Source: Podarcis tiliguerta (Eukaryota). Taken from it: a stretch of 64,000 nucleotides of DNA. Of this stretch, positions 36,627 through 49,436 are shown piece by piece. How positions within the stretch are numbered: the first letter of the stretch is position 1; each line of letters starts with the position of its first letter. The notes under the pieces are model-generated. The model worked only from the letters and a program-made list of their open reading frames with translations, did no database searches and was not told the origin of the DNA. Where the stretch lies: the NCBI GenBank assembly GCA_965153285.1, contig OZ229125.1; one strand, written 5' to 3'. Both the position numbers and the translations under genes were made by a program.

Positions 36627-39363
36627 TAAAAAATTTATTTAATCATTTTTTCGATAAAATCAACCGCAGACACATACAACAAAAATCATAATAACAATAC
36701 TACAATTTGACAATTCTGATTTGAATACACTGATATACCTATGACTACACCTTTTTAAACAATATTTTCTCACCTCTCCTCCCCCTACTTCCCACCACTA
36801 TCCGCCTTATTGCTTAAATATTCGTTCCAGATTTCTTCATATTTATCCATTCTTATTTTGCATCGACATGCAATTCATTCGTATGTAGCTAATATGTCCA
36901 TATTATCAATCTATGTGCTCCATGAAATCTTTTTGCGGCTCTTCCAATTCATCAAAACAATTTTTTTTGCTTCTAATATAGCACGGTACATCCATTTTTT
37001 TTTACCCCTTGAAATCTCCCACATTTCCAGAATATAATTTAGAATTAAATTCGGTTCCCCTAAATAACAATTTCTTTTTATTACTCTTGCTATAAATATC
37101 CTCACCTCGCACCAAAATGATATTATCATCGGGCAGTTAATCAACATATATACTACCGTATTTTTCGCCCTATAGGATGCACTTTTTCCCCTCCAAAAAT
37201 GAAGGGGAAATGTGTGTGCGTCCTATGGGGCGAATGCAGGCTTTTGCTGAAGCCTGGAGAGCGAGAGGGGTCGGTGCGCACCGACCCCTCTTGCTCTCCA
37301 GGCTTCAGGAGAGCCCCACCGCCAGCCCCACAAGCTCGGGGGACAGCGGGGAGGCGGATCGCCGCCATCCTGCTGTCCCCCGACTTGGTTAGAAGGCTGG
37401 CAGGGGGGAGAAGCCTGCTCCTCCCCGTCGCCAGTCCCGCAAACCCGGGGGACAGCGGGGAGGTGCAGCGCGCCATCCCGCTGTCTCCTGACCTGGTTTG
37501 GAGGCTGGCGGAGGGCTTCCCCCTCCCCTAGCCCCGCAAGCTCCCAGAGCGATGCCGAAGCTGCACGCAGCTTCGGCATCGCTCTGGGTCCCGTTCTGGA
37601 GGCTGGGGGAGGGGGAAGCTCGCGTCGGGGGGGATTTTCCCCCTTTATTCCCCCCCCCAAATCTAGGTGCGTCCTATGGGCCAGTGCGTCCTATAGGGCA
37701 AAAAATACGGTAAGTTTGCCTTTTTACTCCCACAGCTCCAGCAGTTGTCTGCACTTGTTATTTTCTTCTGGTATAGTTTTCTTGGAGTCCAGTGGACTCT
37801 GAATATTATCTTCCGTTGAATAAGTCTTAGTCTTAGATCCATAGAGGCTATTTCTGTTGATTTTATACTTGACTCCCATATATCATTTGTTATCTGTACC
37901 CCTAACTCTTCACTCCATTTTTGTCTATCATATTCTAAATCATATTTCTTCCTATTGAGTAGGGTTTTATATAGTGCAAGTATAGAGTTTTTCGTTTTTG
38001 TTGCAAAAGTTAAACCTTGTAGCGGCATAGGTGTTTCCGATGCTGCTATAGTGTCAGGGCCAAACTGCCTTTACAACATATGTTCAATTGGATGTATTGC
38101 CATTGTGTTTTACTGGTTAATCCATACTTTACTTCCAAAGTCTTCTATTCCACAAATTTGTAATTTTCATCAATTAATTGAGTCAATGTCAAAATACCTT
38201 TTTTCATCCAATTTTGCCAAATTATTACTTGATTTCCTATTTTTAATTTTGCGTTGGCCCATATTGTTAATTTCTTATGCTGATAGCGGTCATCCTTATT
38301 ATTTTTATTTATATTCATTCAAATTTTTATAGGTGCTTTAATAGTCTCCAGCATAATAGGATATTTCCTAAAATTGGAGCCAAGTTTAGTCCACCCTACA
38401 AGAGGTTCAAAGAAACTATATTCGAGAGTAGCCCAATTGGGATTCCTGCTAGCTCTCCAATAATTAGTCTTACTCAGCAAGTAAGCCTGGTGATACAATT
38501 CCAGATTTGGGAGCCCAAAGCCGCCTGCCTTAGTTGGAAGTTGCATTTTATGTAGTGATATTTTTGGTGGCTTTGTACCCCACAGGCATGATCTAAATAG
38601 TTGATTTATTTTTGGGAAGTATAATTTGGGAATATACATTAGTAATCCTTTAAGAATGTATAAAAGCTCTTGAACAACATTCATTTTGAGGACATTAACC
38701 TTTCCCCAAAGGGAGAGGTTTAGAGGTCCCCACCTTTCAATATCTTTCAATATCGGTCTTTCTGCCTGTTCCCAATATATTTGTCTTAGTAGGCTGAACT
38801 CAATTTTTTGAGCTAGTATATTATTCATTTCTAATGTTTGTTGTTGTATTCTTTCATATGTAACCTTAGATGGGTTATTTGCCATATTGCCCCATAGTGT
38901 TTTAAAAGAAATTTTTAGATTATTTTCTTTAAATATTTGCAGCTTGGCCTTGTTGGCAGAGAAGGATATTATCTTCCCTCTGATGTAAGTTTTATATCCT
39001 TCCCATTCCATCAGTCTTGACATTGAAGATTTGGAGTTATTTTTAAAATATATTTGCGTTTCTTGGGTTATATATTAAATGAAGTTTTTTTCATTTAATA
39101 ATGATATATTAAGATACCATCTCCTCATATCTTCCTGGCTTTTAGATAAATTATATTCCAGTATTACTGCTGAGTGATCAGCTATAATGGGAATATCAAT
39201 GTCATATCAGCTAGTAAAGGGATGTAATGATGCTGATGGTAGAAAGACATCAATTCTATGCTGGGTATTATGAATTCCTGCAAAATATGTATATGCGTTT
39301 TCCTTAGGATTATGCAATCTCCATGAATCCACTTAATTCCAATGTATCATAGTTATTAACTGG
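36627..39363 (-). mobile_element. 5'-truncated, internally deleted L1-clade LINE (ORF2 relic) with a nested MITE
   Basis: 18-bp TSD agtaagacatctcacttt (36609-36626 / 39364-39381); AATAAA on the minus strand near 36634. APE endonuclease motifs DSWRLHNP..YTYF..RIDVFL..ADHSAV; post-RT LSLWGKVNVLKMNV and GGFGLPNL; zf-RVT-like CWSC...INCP. Confidence 0.92.
37156..37710. mobile_element. Tc2-like MITE with palindromic interior, inserted in the L1 zinc-finger region
   Basis: TA|CCGTATTTTTCGCCCTATAGGATGCAC ... GTGCGTCCTATAGGGCAAAAAATACGG|TA; L1 reading frame continues on both sides. Confidence 0.9.
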
Positions 39364-39418
39364 AGTAAGACATCTCACTTTGCCTACACACACAAGCACA
39401 CAGAGTGCCCCCTGTTAC

Positions 39419-39491
39419 CTCAAGCTTAATCCTCTCCAGCTCTGCTCGAAGAAGATCCACTTCTTTCTTCAGGTTTTCAATTTGGAGATCC
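39419..39491 (-). CDS. HIP1R: HIP1R exon 13
   Basis: ctcag|.DLQIENLKKEVDLLRAELERIKLE|gtaaca. Confidence 0.96.
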
Positions 39492-39755
39492 CTGAGGGTT
39501 AAAAGGTTTTGAAAACACAGGAATGCTCTGAGTTGATGTTGTATAGTGATGAAGAGCTATGAGCTCAAGGCCTCCAGGGCAAATCTCTGCTCTGCTGCAA
39601 AGGCTTCAGGGCCACATCAGAGCCTCTCCTTTTCTTTGTCTCAGCCTCAAACTACCCACCTCCTGCCAGCAATACTGGGATAGTGGAGTCTGTAACCAAG
39701 AAGTTGCAGTATGGAGTACCCCCATAGTAGGTTCAAGGTGTGTCCTCTTCTAGGG

Positions 39756-40117
39756 CAGGGAGGACAAACATTTTATACCAAGTGAGCCGCAATAGTACTT
39801 TGACATGGAACATGTGGGCCACTCATTGCCTTGTCACAAGGGGGGTGAGTGGGTGGGTAAGGCCAAAATCTGATGCCCCCCAAGCCAGCTAAGTGAGGCG
39901 CTGGGCTTTGGGGTCCCTCGCACCTCCTTCCCAAAGCTGGGAAAGTGCCAAATAGGCTTTGCGGAGGAGGAGGAAGGAGTCCCGGACCCTGTCAGAACCC
40001 TCATGCCTCCTCCCTAAAGCCCAGAGCCTCAGGAGGGCTGGGGGGTGGGGGCATCCACTGTTGCCAAGGGCTGCCAAAAAATGGCCTTGAGGGCCAGCTG
40101 CACATTGGACCACCCTG
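39756..40117. mobile_element. Old hAT-Charlie-like non-autonomous element
   Basis: Degenerate TIRs cagggaggacaa / ttggaccaccctg; 8-bp TSD ttctaggg / ttctgggg. Confidence 0.6.
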
Positions 40118-40426
40118 TTCTGGGGTACTCCAACAGTCATCCTGTATTTTGCACCCACTGACCAGGTTCAGCTCCCACTGGGCTGTTCTGCCCCACATGC
40201 TGCCTAAAATTCCACAAATGTCTGCAAACCTTGGGTGCGAACCACCAAGGAAATCTCTTCCTTGGGTAATGGGTTTTACTCTTTTGGCTACATAAACAAC
40301 AGCGCTGAGAGATATGATAATACTGATCTACTTTACAGGACTGTTATTGCAAATACAACTTTTTCTGTTAAAATAGTCCGAATGGTGCATAAATGCTAAA
40401 CCTTATTATTAAGATGCCAGCTTAAA

Positions 40427-40441
40427 AACACACACACATAG

Positions 40442-40502
<61 letters not shown>
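40427..40502. repeat. Compound (AC)n(AG)n microsatellite
   Basis: Directly visible. Confidence 0.95.
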
Positions 40503-40506
<4 letters not shown>

Positions 40507-40524
40507 GCTGATAAACACCCTTAC

Positions 40525-40583
40525 CTATCATCTCTTATTCCATTGGGTGGTCCAAAGGTCTGTTCAAATATATCAGACACATT
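40525..40583 (-). CDS. HIP1R: HIP1R exon 12
   Basis: cgcag|NVSDIFEQTFGPPNGIRDD..|gtaagg. Confidence 0.94.
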
Positions 40584-41926
40584 CTGCGGAAACAAATATT
40601 AAAAAGACTGACAATGAAGGGGAAGCTTCATGTTTATGGCTATGTGGTATAAAGGCTTTGTATTCCTAGGGAGATACAGTATTACATCATTTTATTTATC
40701 ATGTATCTACAACTAAATAAATTGCACTATTGCACACGGAACTGTTTCTGCAGCACGCCTGAGATCCATTATGCTTCTGAAAGATCCTCTGTGTGGAAGC
40801 ACTGAGATGCCACAATGGTAAAAGAATAAGCCATGGAAATGTCAGCATGACCCTTGAAACAAGTGCCTTCCAACCCCTGCCCCCTGGCCACTCTTGCCTT
40901 CCCTGAGAAAGTGGGGCTGCACCACACACTGACACTATTTTACCATACGGGGTGGACAAAGGTGTCTTTATTTTTCTTCAAATGCTGTGTTGCAGAAGTT
41001 GGAGCTGTCATGCTGGATTCCAGCTCCACAGCTCTTACTGGGAAGCCCACACGACCATGCATTGCCTCCCACGAGAAGATGCCAAGCCAAGCTGGAACAC
41101 CCCTGGCACAGCCCTCTGGGTTCTGCAGGGTTCCCAGACCTGCACCTCCTAGACTGGCCCTGGCAGCACTTCCAGTTTGGACTGCGAACGTCATCACATA
41201 GTGAGCAAATACCAGCAGCCAGGAAACAACGAACGAAAGCAAAGCTTCATTTGGAAAACGTTGCAATCGCTGCCAAGAATTTTGTGTGTCCAATTTTTAC
41301 AGCTTTGTAAATGCATGACCCAAGCACAATGGCCAAGTTTGTTTCCTGGCTTTATTCCAAGCGCAGTCAACACACATCTCTTTCTTTTCTTCTTTTTAAG
41401 CTTAGCCATCCTTTCAACTTTGTAAGGCATTTACAAGTCGGCTAAGAATAGCATCTTAAAACCATTTTAAAACGAAACGAAACGAAGAGCCACTTTTTAT
41501 AGGGAAGGGATGCAGCTTGGTGGGAGGTTGGGCATCTTTTCCCCTATACCCACTGCACTTCATCAAATTCCTACTCTTTTTCAGATAATTTTTTTTCCTT
41601 AAAGCAAAATGATGTGGTCCCACCCAGCAAATGCACTAAAGGGGGAGGGGAGAGAATGGTCTTTTCCCGTTCCTACTGCCACATTCCCTCATAAGCCCCT
41701 TCTAGTGGGGGCAGGGGCAGTCTTTGGTAATCTTTCATAATATGTCTCCCTGTGCAAGGCCAGAATTGCAACCCCCACCCATGGATCTTCTAGGTGTTGT
41801 GCTCCCTTAGCTCAACACCTCGTGTGGGGAACAATCTGCACAGCCCTAAATCCAGTGCTGGTGGGGGTGCACCTAAAAGTGGTGGGTGGAGCTCACCACT
41901 CCAGAGACCCCCTTAGCATTTCTCAC

Positions 41927-42067
41927 CTGTTGCTCCACAGTTGGGGCTGTACTGATCTCAATCAGGTTCTCTGGCTCTTCGTCCTCAGGGGCTTCTTCTT
42001 CTGGGATCACCACAACAGGCTTCACGTGCTCGGCCAGGGCTGATGCCCGCAGAAAGTTAGGTGGGTT
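41927..42067 (-). CDS. HIP1R: HIP1R exon 11 (contains the LIEIS clathrin-box-like motif)
   Basis: attag|NPPNFLRASALAEHVKPVVVIPEEEAPEDEEPENLIEISTAPTVEQQ|gtgaga. Confidence 0.96.
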
Positions 42068-42359
42068 CTAATGGAGGAGGAAGAAAAGGAGTCAGGCACA
42101 TTTACAGTGCAGGTGAAGCTAGATGGCACCCTCATAAATGCAGCCTCACAAATACACACCCAGAGACTGGATCGGGCAGACAGGTGCTTTCTCCCTCTCC
42201 ACCCCCCTCTCACACACAGTGAATTTCCTAGGGTAAACTAGGGTAAATTTCAGGAAATGCTTTACAAACAGTAGGAGTTGGGGGCATTGGTAGTGGGTGA
42301 CCTAGCCCCAGATTGTCAGGGTTGGGGAGCAGCAGGAGAAGGCAGAAGATAGACTGTAC

Positions 42360-42435
42360 CTCAGGCAGCCGTGGGATCTGGATGAGCCGCTTGAAATACA
42401 GCATGTCCGATGCTCTTTTGAAAAAGCTTTTGAGG
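42360..42435 (-). CDS. HIP1R: HIP1R exon 10 (ANTH)
   Basis: tgtag|.LKSFFKRASDMLYFKRLIQIPRLPE|gtacag. Confidence 0.96.
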
Positions 42436-42933
42436 CTACAGAGAGGAGAGGGGAAACAGAATTGTCAATACTGAAACCAACAGCAAGGTGGTCTGACTCT
42501 TAAGAACGCAAGAGGAATCCTGGTGGATGAGGCAAGGGACCATCTACTCCAGCTTTGTGGTTTCCACGATGGCCAACCAGAAGCCCACTAGTAGGGGTGG
42601 TGTTTTCTAAAAATCTCAATGGTGAGCTTAAGCACAAAGATTTCCATTCCATCCTATGTGATGTAGTTCAGCCCAGGCACAGATGGAAACGCAGGCCACA
42701 AGTCATTACCTGGTTTTCACCAGAGAAGGGTGTATATACGCTTCTTTTAAACTCACTTTTCTCTCCTATCTCTAAAATAATGTTTTACAGTGCAGTCCCA
42801 TGCCTATTTATTTGTTTTTTAATGACTGCTTTTAAAATATGCTTTTAGCTGTAAGCTGCCTCGAGCCCTGTCAGGGGAAAAGGCGGATTAAAGCTGAATA
42901 CAAAAATAAATATAATTCTAATTATTATATTAC

Positions 42934-42991
42934 CTACGGAACTGCTCATGGAAACGGTCACGATGCCCTTGCAGCGTATCAGCCGGGAGAC
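42934..42991 (-). CDS. HIP1R: HIP1R exon 9 (ANTH)
   Basis: ctcag|..LPADTLQGHRDRFHEQFR..|gtaata. Confidence 0.96.
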
Positions 42992-45900
42992 CTGAGGAAG
43001 GCAAAAGAAAGAAACGTGCTGTCCAAGACTTTAATGGACCATTTGCCAAGAAAGCAAACACAGGGGTTTGAGCCAGAGAAAAGCACACCTGGCACCCGAG
43101 CAAGGCTTTCTTTCACAATCTGCTAGGAATATAGGTAGTGACCTTATGCCGAGTCAGGGCATTGGTCTATCTAGCTCAGTACTTCCTACACTGACTGGCA
43201 GCAGCTCTCCAGGGTTTCGGGCAATGAATGTTCCCAGTTCTACGTGGATGTGCTGGAGATTGAACCTGAAGCCCTCTGCATGCAAGGCAAATGCTCTGCC
43301 ACTGAGCTGCAGGTTTTGAAAGTTTGGGAGAAGAGGAAGAGAAGCACTTTTGGAAAAGTCATGGTTCCGAAAGCAGAGGTCCTGGCAGCTATTTCAAAGG
43401 AAAACTCCATTTAGCTCACTGATGGTTTTAGACCCTAACTGGAGATACCAGGGATTGAATCTGGGATCTGTTGCATGCAAAGCAAGCAATACCACTAAGC
43501 TTTGGTCCTTCTGTTTTCATCTTTAAACACATAACAGTGAGTTGGATTCTATTATTCCCAGAAAGGAATGTGGCTTCTGGCTGCGAATCTTTTATTGCCT
43601 TTACTCTTTTCTGTTTTCTAAAATGCTTTGAGAGTATTTTTAAACAATCAAGCAATGTATAAATTTTATGAAATAAATAATATGGCTGATTTAATGCCTG
43701 GCTGTTGGAACTCTTAAGGAAGCACATCGTTCACAATCAAAATAAGCAGGTCTTTCCAGGCTTCAGCTTCTCCCTTGCACGCCCTCTCTCTCTATGGCTT
43801 CAGCAAAATTAATGCAAATCTGGCCAACTGTACACAAATATGCTTAATAATCCTCCGGCTTTCCTTAGCATAAGTCTTGTGCAAAACTTATGACATATTT
43901 AAAGGTTAGTCCTGTCCTTCTGGGAACTGAATCCTGGTTTCAGAAAAGCCAACGGCAGGATATACTTAAGCTCCCTAACGGAAGGTGGAATGAAAACCTG
44001 TGAATGCTGGTTTCCCCCCTTGGGAATCCCTTTTTAAAATTAAAAAGAAGAAAGATAGAAAGGCCACTGTAAAGAAGGAAGCTAGTGTAGAGAGATCTAG
44101 AAGGGGGAAAGCAGATAAATATCAGCAGGGATTTCTCTCACATACATCAGCAAGACAGATATTATTATTACCCACCTTTCAAGTAAATTCTTTCTCATTG
44201 TGGAATACAAATAACAGGCTCTACATAGCCTTAAAGGGCAGTCTGTATCTTAACCGCCATTTTGTTGGACTCCAGTTCCCACCAGTTCAACCAGTGGAGT
44301 CAGAGATGATGGGAGCTGGAATTTAGCAACATCTGGAGGGCACGAGGTTGGGAAAGTCTGGACTGTATGGTTTATTGATTTCGAGTGTTATTTATGGCTT
44401 TGCTTTTTTTAAAGAATACTATCCATAAACTCCATTCAGAGCCCATTTGTTTGGCAGAAGACCCTAAAAGGATAAGAGGTAACCAAAGGCTAAAAACCTT
44501 GAGCTGCTAGTATGGCACAGCTGCTATGCTGTGAACTGTGAAATCTTGAGTTCAAATCTCACCATAGCTGTCCCACCCAAAAAACCTATTTCCCACATAG
44601 CCTTAGGCAAATCATTCACTCTCTCATCCTCATACTTTGCGGAGGACATAGCAAAGCTGTTCTCCAGCCAAGCATATGTTGCAGAATAAAGTGCAGAATA
44701 TTAGAGGAAAACACTGCAAAAATGAGTGTATTAGGTAAAATTGTATTAAAATGTGTATATCTGGAGAAGTGCACACTAAAATGATAAATTTTCATTAAAT
44801 TCATTTTTAAATAATCCAAGCAAACTGATCTGGGAAGGGAGGAAACAGAGCTTAAGCCTGTAAAAATGAGGAACTGACTGACTGGTCCATCCTCAGAAGA
44901 CAGACCTACACTTAAAATTAAAGACCATGATGCTCAGAGGAGATAGATGTTCAGCTCAGGGACTAGTTTTCAATAGTGAGCTGACAGCTGACCCTTCCAC
45001 ACACCTGATTCTCCCACCCCAGCACCCCAGCTATTTTAATTTTACCAGCCTAGTTTAGAACAGAAGGGAAGCCTTTTTGTTGTTATTCTTGCTATTGTTG
45101 AAAACCAACCAGAAAAACCCAGAAAACATGGATAGAGGGAGGGAAAGCAGAGGAATAACATCCAGGTGCTTAAAGGAAGATTTAAATAAAGAGATCAGTT
45201 TTCCTTCAAGCATTTGGAGTCTGCTTCTTCTGATTTTTCCATTGCTTTGGGGAAGGGCCAGAGCTCAGCAGTTAGTGGTACAACATCCGCTTTGCATCCT
45301 CGGTTCAGTACTCAGCACCTTGAGGCAGAGCTGGGAAAGGCTCAGTGCCTTAAATCCTGGAGAGCCACTGCTGGTCAGTATTGACAATACTGAACTGGAT
45401 GGGCCCATGGTCTGACTCACTCCCTATGTAAACTACTGGGAGCAGCAGCAGTTGGTAAGGCTTACCAGATAGCATCACTGCAGGGGAAAGGTCAGCACGG
45501 TGCAAATGCACTGTTGAAGCCAATCCAGTGCTCCCAACAGTGTGTTTGCACCATGTCAACCTTTTCCTCTCAGTGAGCCGCAGTGACAGGAGGTGAGATA
45601 AGCCATGCGGACCAGGGAGTCAGAAACCCTATGGTCTTTTAAACTGTGGGGTGTGTGTGTGTGTTATTGTTTCTGTTTGTTATTACGGTATCTATTTTTG
45701 TGGTTTTATATTGTAAACTGCCATGTGATTTTCAGGTGGAGGGCAGTATAGAACTTTAATAAATGATGATGGTGAGTACTTATCTACTGCAATCCATCTG
45801 GTGATTTTCCAGTGGACCCCAAGCAGCTTTCTGCCCAACCCCTGCTGTGGGGAAGGGCCACAGCTCAGTGACTCATCTTTTTATTGAGAAACCTTCGCGG

Positions 45901-46049
45901 GACATCTGAAGTCCTCCAAAACTTCCCTGATCAGAGTGCAAAAACAACTTGAACTTGTGAGCCCAAGAAGCTGCCTTATACCAGCTCAGACTCTTTGTTC
46001 ATCCAGAATCGTCCACTATGACTGGAAAAAAATCAACCAAGAGAACTAA

Positions 46050-46450
46050 AATATTTTATTATACCATATGCTTTCATGAATTAGAGTCCATCTCATCAAA
46101 TGCATGAAGTGTAATCCTTGGTTGCATTCACACATGCACACAGACAGTGATAAGGGATGAGGAGGGTCGTAAGGAGGTAAGGTCAGAGAAAAATTAAATA
46201 CAAAAAGTACAGAGAGTGAGAATTCAAAGAGAGATAGAATGCAGTGACAAGTGATGAAACAATCGAACTGACAACGGGGAGTAAATTAACATCTGGAATG
46301 GGAAACGAAACCACTGTCTCTACTCAGCCACAAATGAATAAGAGTTTAACTTCTTTACAAATTGTGGTTTAGAAGTTTCCTTGTTCAAGTATGGCCACCT
46401 TAAGAGCAGTGGCAACATCTTCTGGTAGACTGACACCTTCTCTAACTGGC
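46050..46450 (-). mobile_element. Penelope-like element relic (GIY-YIG C-terminal region)
   Basis: Minus strand reads PVREGVSLPEDVATALKVAILEQGNF*...GLSRDSGF, resembling the Penelope motif PVGEHFNLPGHS..DLKVAIL.Q.NF...GLNRD.G. Confidence 0.6.
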
Positions 46451-46648
46451 TGATGAATTTCTGGTCAGCCTCTTTCCCATCACCTGAGATTCTTTCTTTA
46501 ACTGGGAGACACCAGAGACAGAACCAGAGAGAACAAACCTACATGCAGTTCATCTGCCCTAACAACTGAGCCATGGACCGTTCCCCAAATGTCCCAGAAC
46601 TGCACCTGAACCATGGTATGCTTCCACACCCCCACAAGAGCGACTTAC

Positions 46649-46789
46649 AGGAATGGAGCTTGAACATCAGCTTCACAGTGTAATGGTAGAGGTGGCTGCA
46701 GTCTTGGATCACTTGAATGAGGGGAGCCAGGCGGCACTGAACTGCTGACATCTGGGAGACAGCCATGGAGGTGTTGAGCTGTCTGAAAA
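46649..46789 (-). CDS. HIP1R: HIP1R exon 8 (ANTH)
   Basis: ttcag|..FRQLNTSMAVSQMSAVQCRLAPLIQVIQDCSHLYHYTVKLMFKLHS.|gtaagt. Confidence 0.97.
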
Positions 46790-48472
46790 CTGAACAAAGG
46801 AAAGGAAATTTCAAATACTGATTTGAGGCCTGTTTTTATTGCATTTTATTGCCTTGAGTATCCTCTATGGATGGAAAGCTAAGACTGAGATGGTGCCTTT
46901 AATAATAACAAATACAGCTGCTGCTGCTGCTACTGCTGCTGGATTACTGGAAGGTCTCTAGATACCCCAGTATCTGTGTGCATGTTCATAGAATCATAGA
47001 ATTGTATGTGTGCATGCTTATTTATATGTAGGTTTATAAATTAAAATAGAGATTTAAAATACTATTTAGATGAACATTTTGGTTTCGACCTTCCTCAGCT
47101 GAAACATTTAATTAAACAGCATTCTCTCTCTCTCTGTTTGATCATTTGTTTTTCATATATTATTACTTAGTGTTTGACAATGTACTTACAGGAAACAGGA
47201 CCTCTTCATCTACTGTTCGACTGCTTCTAAGATTGTGTGTGTGCATATACATATTCTATATCTCCAATCAATTAGTCCTAGACACAACTAAACAGCACAG
47301 CAAACAAGTTGGCAGTATATACACCTCTGTATGTGTGTGCCTGTGCATATTTAAATAAAACCAATGACACACACACATGCTTATGTGCATAATACATAAA
47401 AATCAAACGGGAAGCTTAACTGAACTTTGCAGCTTATATAAAATGGTGCATGCTTCCACAACTGCTGTAACCAAGTCTAGAAAAACAGAGATGTAAATCT
47501 TCTAAATAAATAACCTTCCTTGTTCTGGGGCAGCATGCCTCCAATCGCCAGGTGCCAGGGACAAAACACAGCAGTTGGCATCCTCCTTCACACCCTGCCG
47601 CAAGGTTGGATAACGTATTTGGCCAGTGGAGGCTGGTCTGTTATGGCAAACGGAGCCCTATCAACATCAATCTGCACTTAGTCAGTGCTCACCTGCCTGC
47701 CTTCTTAGTTGCAAGCGGCTCAGGGGGTGACCTTGATAATATCAGCTTCCTCTTTAGTCTCGGTATTGCCCATGTAGAACTTGGCAGGGAGGAGGGTGGG
47801 GAACAAACTAGAATTTGTTGGCTCTGCCTGTGATTGGCTCTGGTTCCTCCTGCTCCATCAGTCCCAAAGAGCACCAGTCACCACTTTATTTGGCAGATGG
47901 GGAGGGAAATCTATGGGGGCTTTTGTTTGGAATCCAGCAGGGAGATTCCTAGTTTCTGAAATTGTTAACATCTGAGGTTATAAAAGGCATAGGACAACTG
48001 GCCTGTTAAAGGAACCAGTGCGCACCGGAGGACTGTGATTTCCCCGTGACTGAACTGGCAGCTTCAGCTCCTATCACCTTTGTTTACTCAGGTTGCTGCT
48101 GGGCAGGACCAAGCACAATCTTCTCAGATTATGAAATCATTAACTAGGAGCACAGACAGCCTTGCCTGGCAACAGAAAGAATACCAGGTCGTTCCAATGA
48201 CTGAGAGCAGCACAGTCATGACCTGCAACACCCCAAGGCAAGGGCCATTCAATGATCTGCGCCAAGAGAAGCTCTGTGCTCAGAAATGCCACATGTGGAA
48301 GTCTGGAATGAGAACACCATTGCCTTGGTTCCTGCAGAAGAGAGGCTTCTGCCTAGTATTATCATAGCAAATAGCTAGAAATAATGCGTCCTGATGGCTA
48401 GAAGGAGCTTAAACCTGAGAGTAGTTTCTGAACCTGTCTGAACATAAATGCTGTAGGTTCTGGGCCAACAGA

Positions 48473-48782
48473 GGACACATCCACTCTTATCTTTGCTCTT
48501 TCCAGGCATGGTTCATTATTTAATGCTCCATGTCCAAGCACCTTTTTTTCCCTTTTTTGCTCCAGAGCTTTCCCTATGAAAACCCACTTTTTAAAGCTCA
48601 ATGGGAGCAAATGTTAAGCTGTGGAAAACCTGAATTGACATTTGCTCCAATTCAGCTTTAAAGAGGGTGTTTTGTGGTAAAAGTTTGGGGCAAAAAGAAC
48701 ACACACACACTTGAGCACAAAGCACTAAAGTGCAGACCTCTATCTAGAAAGAGCAAAGGAAAAAGTTAGCGTGGGTAAGTCC
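48473..48782. mobile_element. Fold-back (palindromic) MITE, probably PIF/Harbinger-like
   Basis: Self-complementary arms (tttaaagct..gagcaaatg / catttgctc..agctttaaa); same family as 50556-50836. Confidence 0.6.
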
Positions 48783-49100
48783 TGAGTTGTACTTTGAGTG
48801 ATAACAATAGTAATAATGAGAATAATAATAAATTTCTAAAGGAGTATTAACACGTTTGTTGGCTGGTAGTCACAAACCAGCAAAGCCAAGGTGGGGAGAG
48901 ACCAGCGCTCTGCCTCTGTTTATTGGAGAACTGAAGCGAAGCTGACAAAGAAAGACGTCTGAGGGGTTTTGTTTGAGAGGGAGGGTTCCAAAAGCATGAG
49001 TAATTTACACAGGTTGCTGAATTCAGACTGTCTTTGTGCAGAATATGTATTTTGGAATTACACTAGCATCCACAAAATATGCTAAGGGCTGCCAACCTAT

Positions 49101-49140
49101 CAAACAAACAAACAAACAAACAAACAAACAAACAAACAAC
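49101..49140. repeat. (AAAC)n microsatellite
   Basis: Directly visible. Confidence 0.93.
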
Positions 49141-49374
49141 TAGTCTGTCTTGCTCCTGTACTTTCAGCAGCCGTTTGATCCACAAATAACGCCTATAGCT
49201 GTGTTGTGGAAAGCTCTGACTCTCACTTTCTGCAGCTGCTGCTGTTACAATCATAGGAGTAAGCCAGAACTTTTGAGTGGGGGCACTGTTGACAATCCTG
49301 GAGCACACACAATTTTATGAACAAAAAGAGAGAAAGAAAGTTGGAAACAAAGGAAGGAACTGAAGTCAGCTTAC

Positions 49375-49436
49375 CTGATTCTGCCAGTTTGAGTTCGCAA
49401 TCCATGTAATCAAACATCTCAACTGTGAGCTGAAAG
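49375..49436 (-). CDS. HIP1R: HIP1R exon 7 (ANTH)
   Basis: tatag|.FQLTVEMFDYMDCELKLAES.|gtaagc. Confidence 0.96.

Noticed and set aside
38319-39023. 234-aa ORF as a possible domesticated gene
   Set aside because: It is part of an L1 relic with in-frame stops upstream and frameshifts downstream; no promoter or splice evidence.
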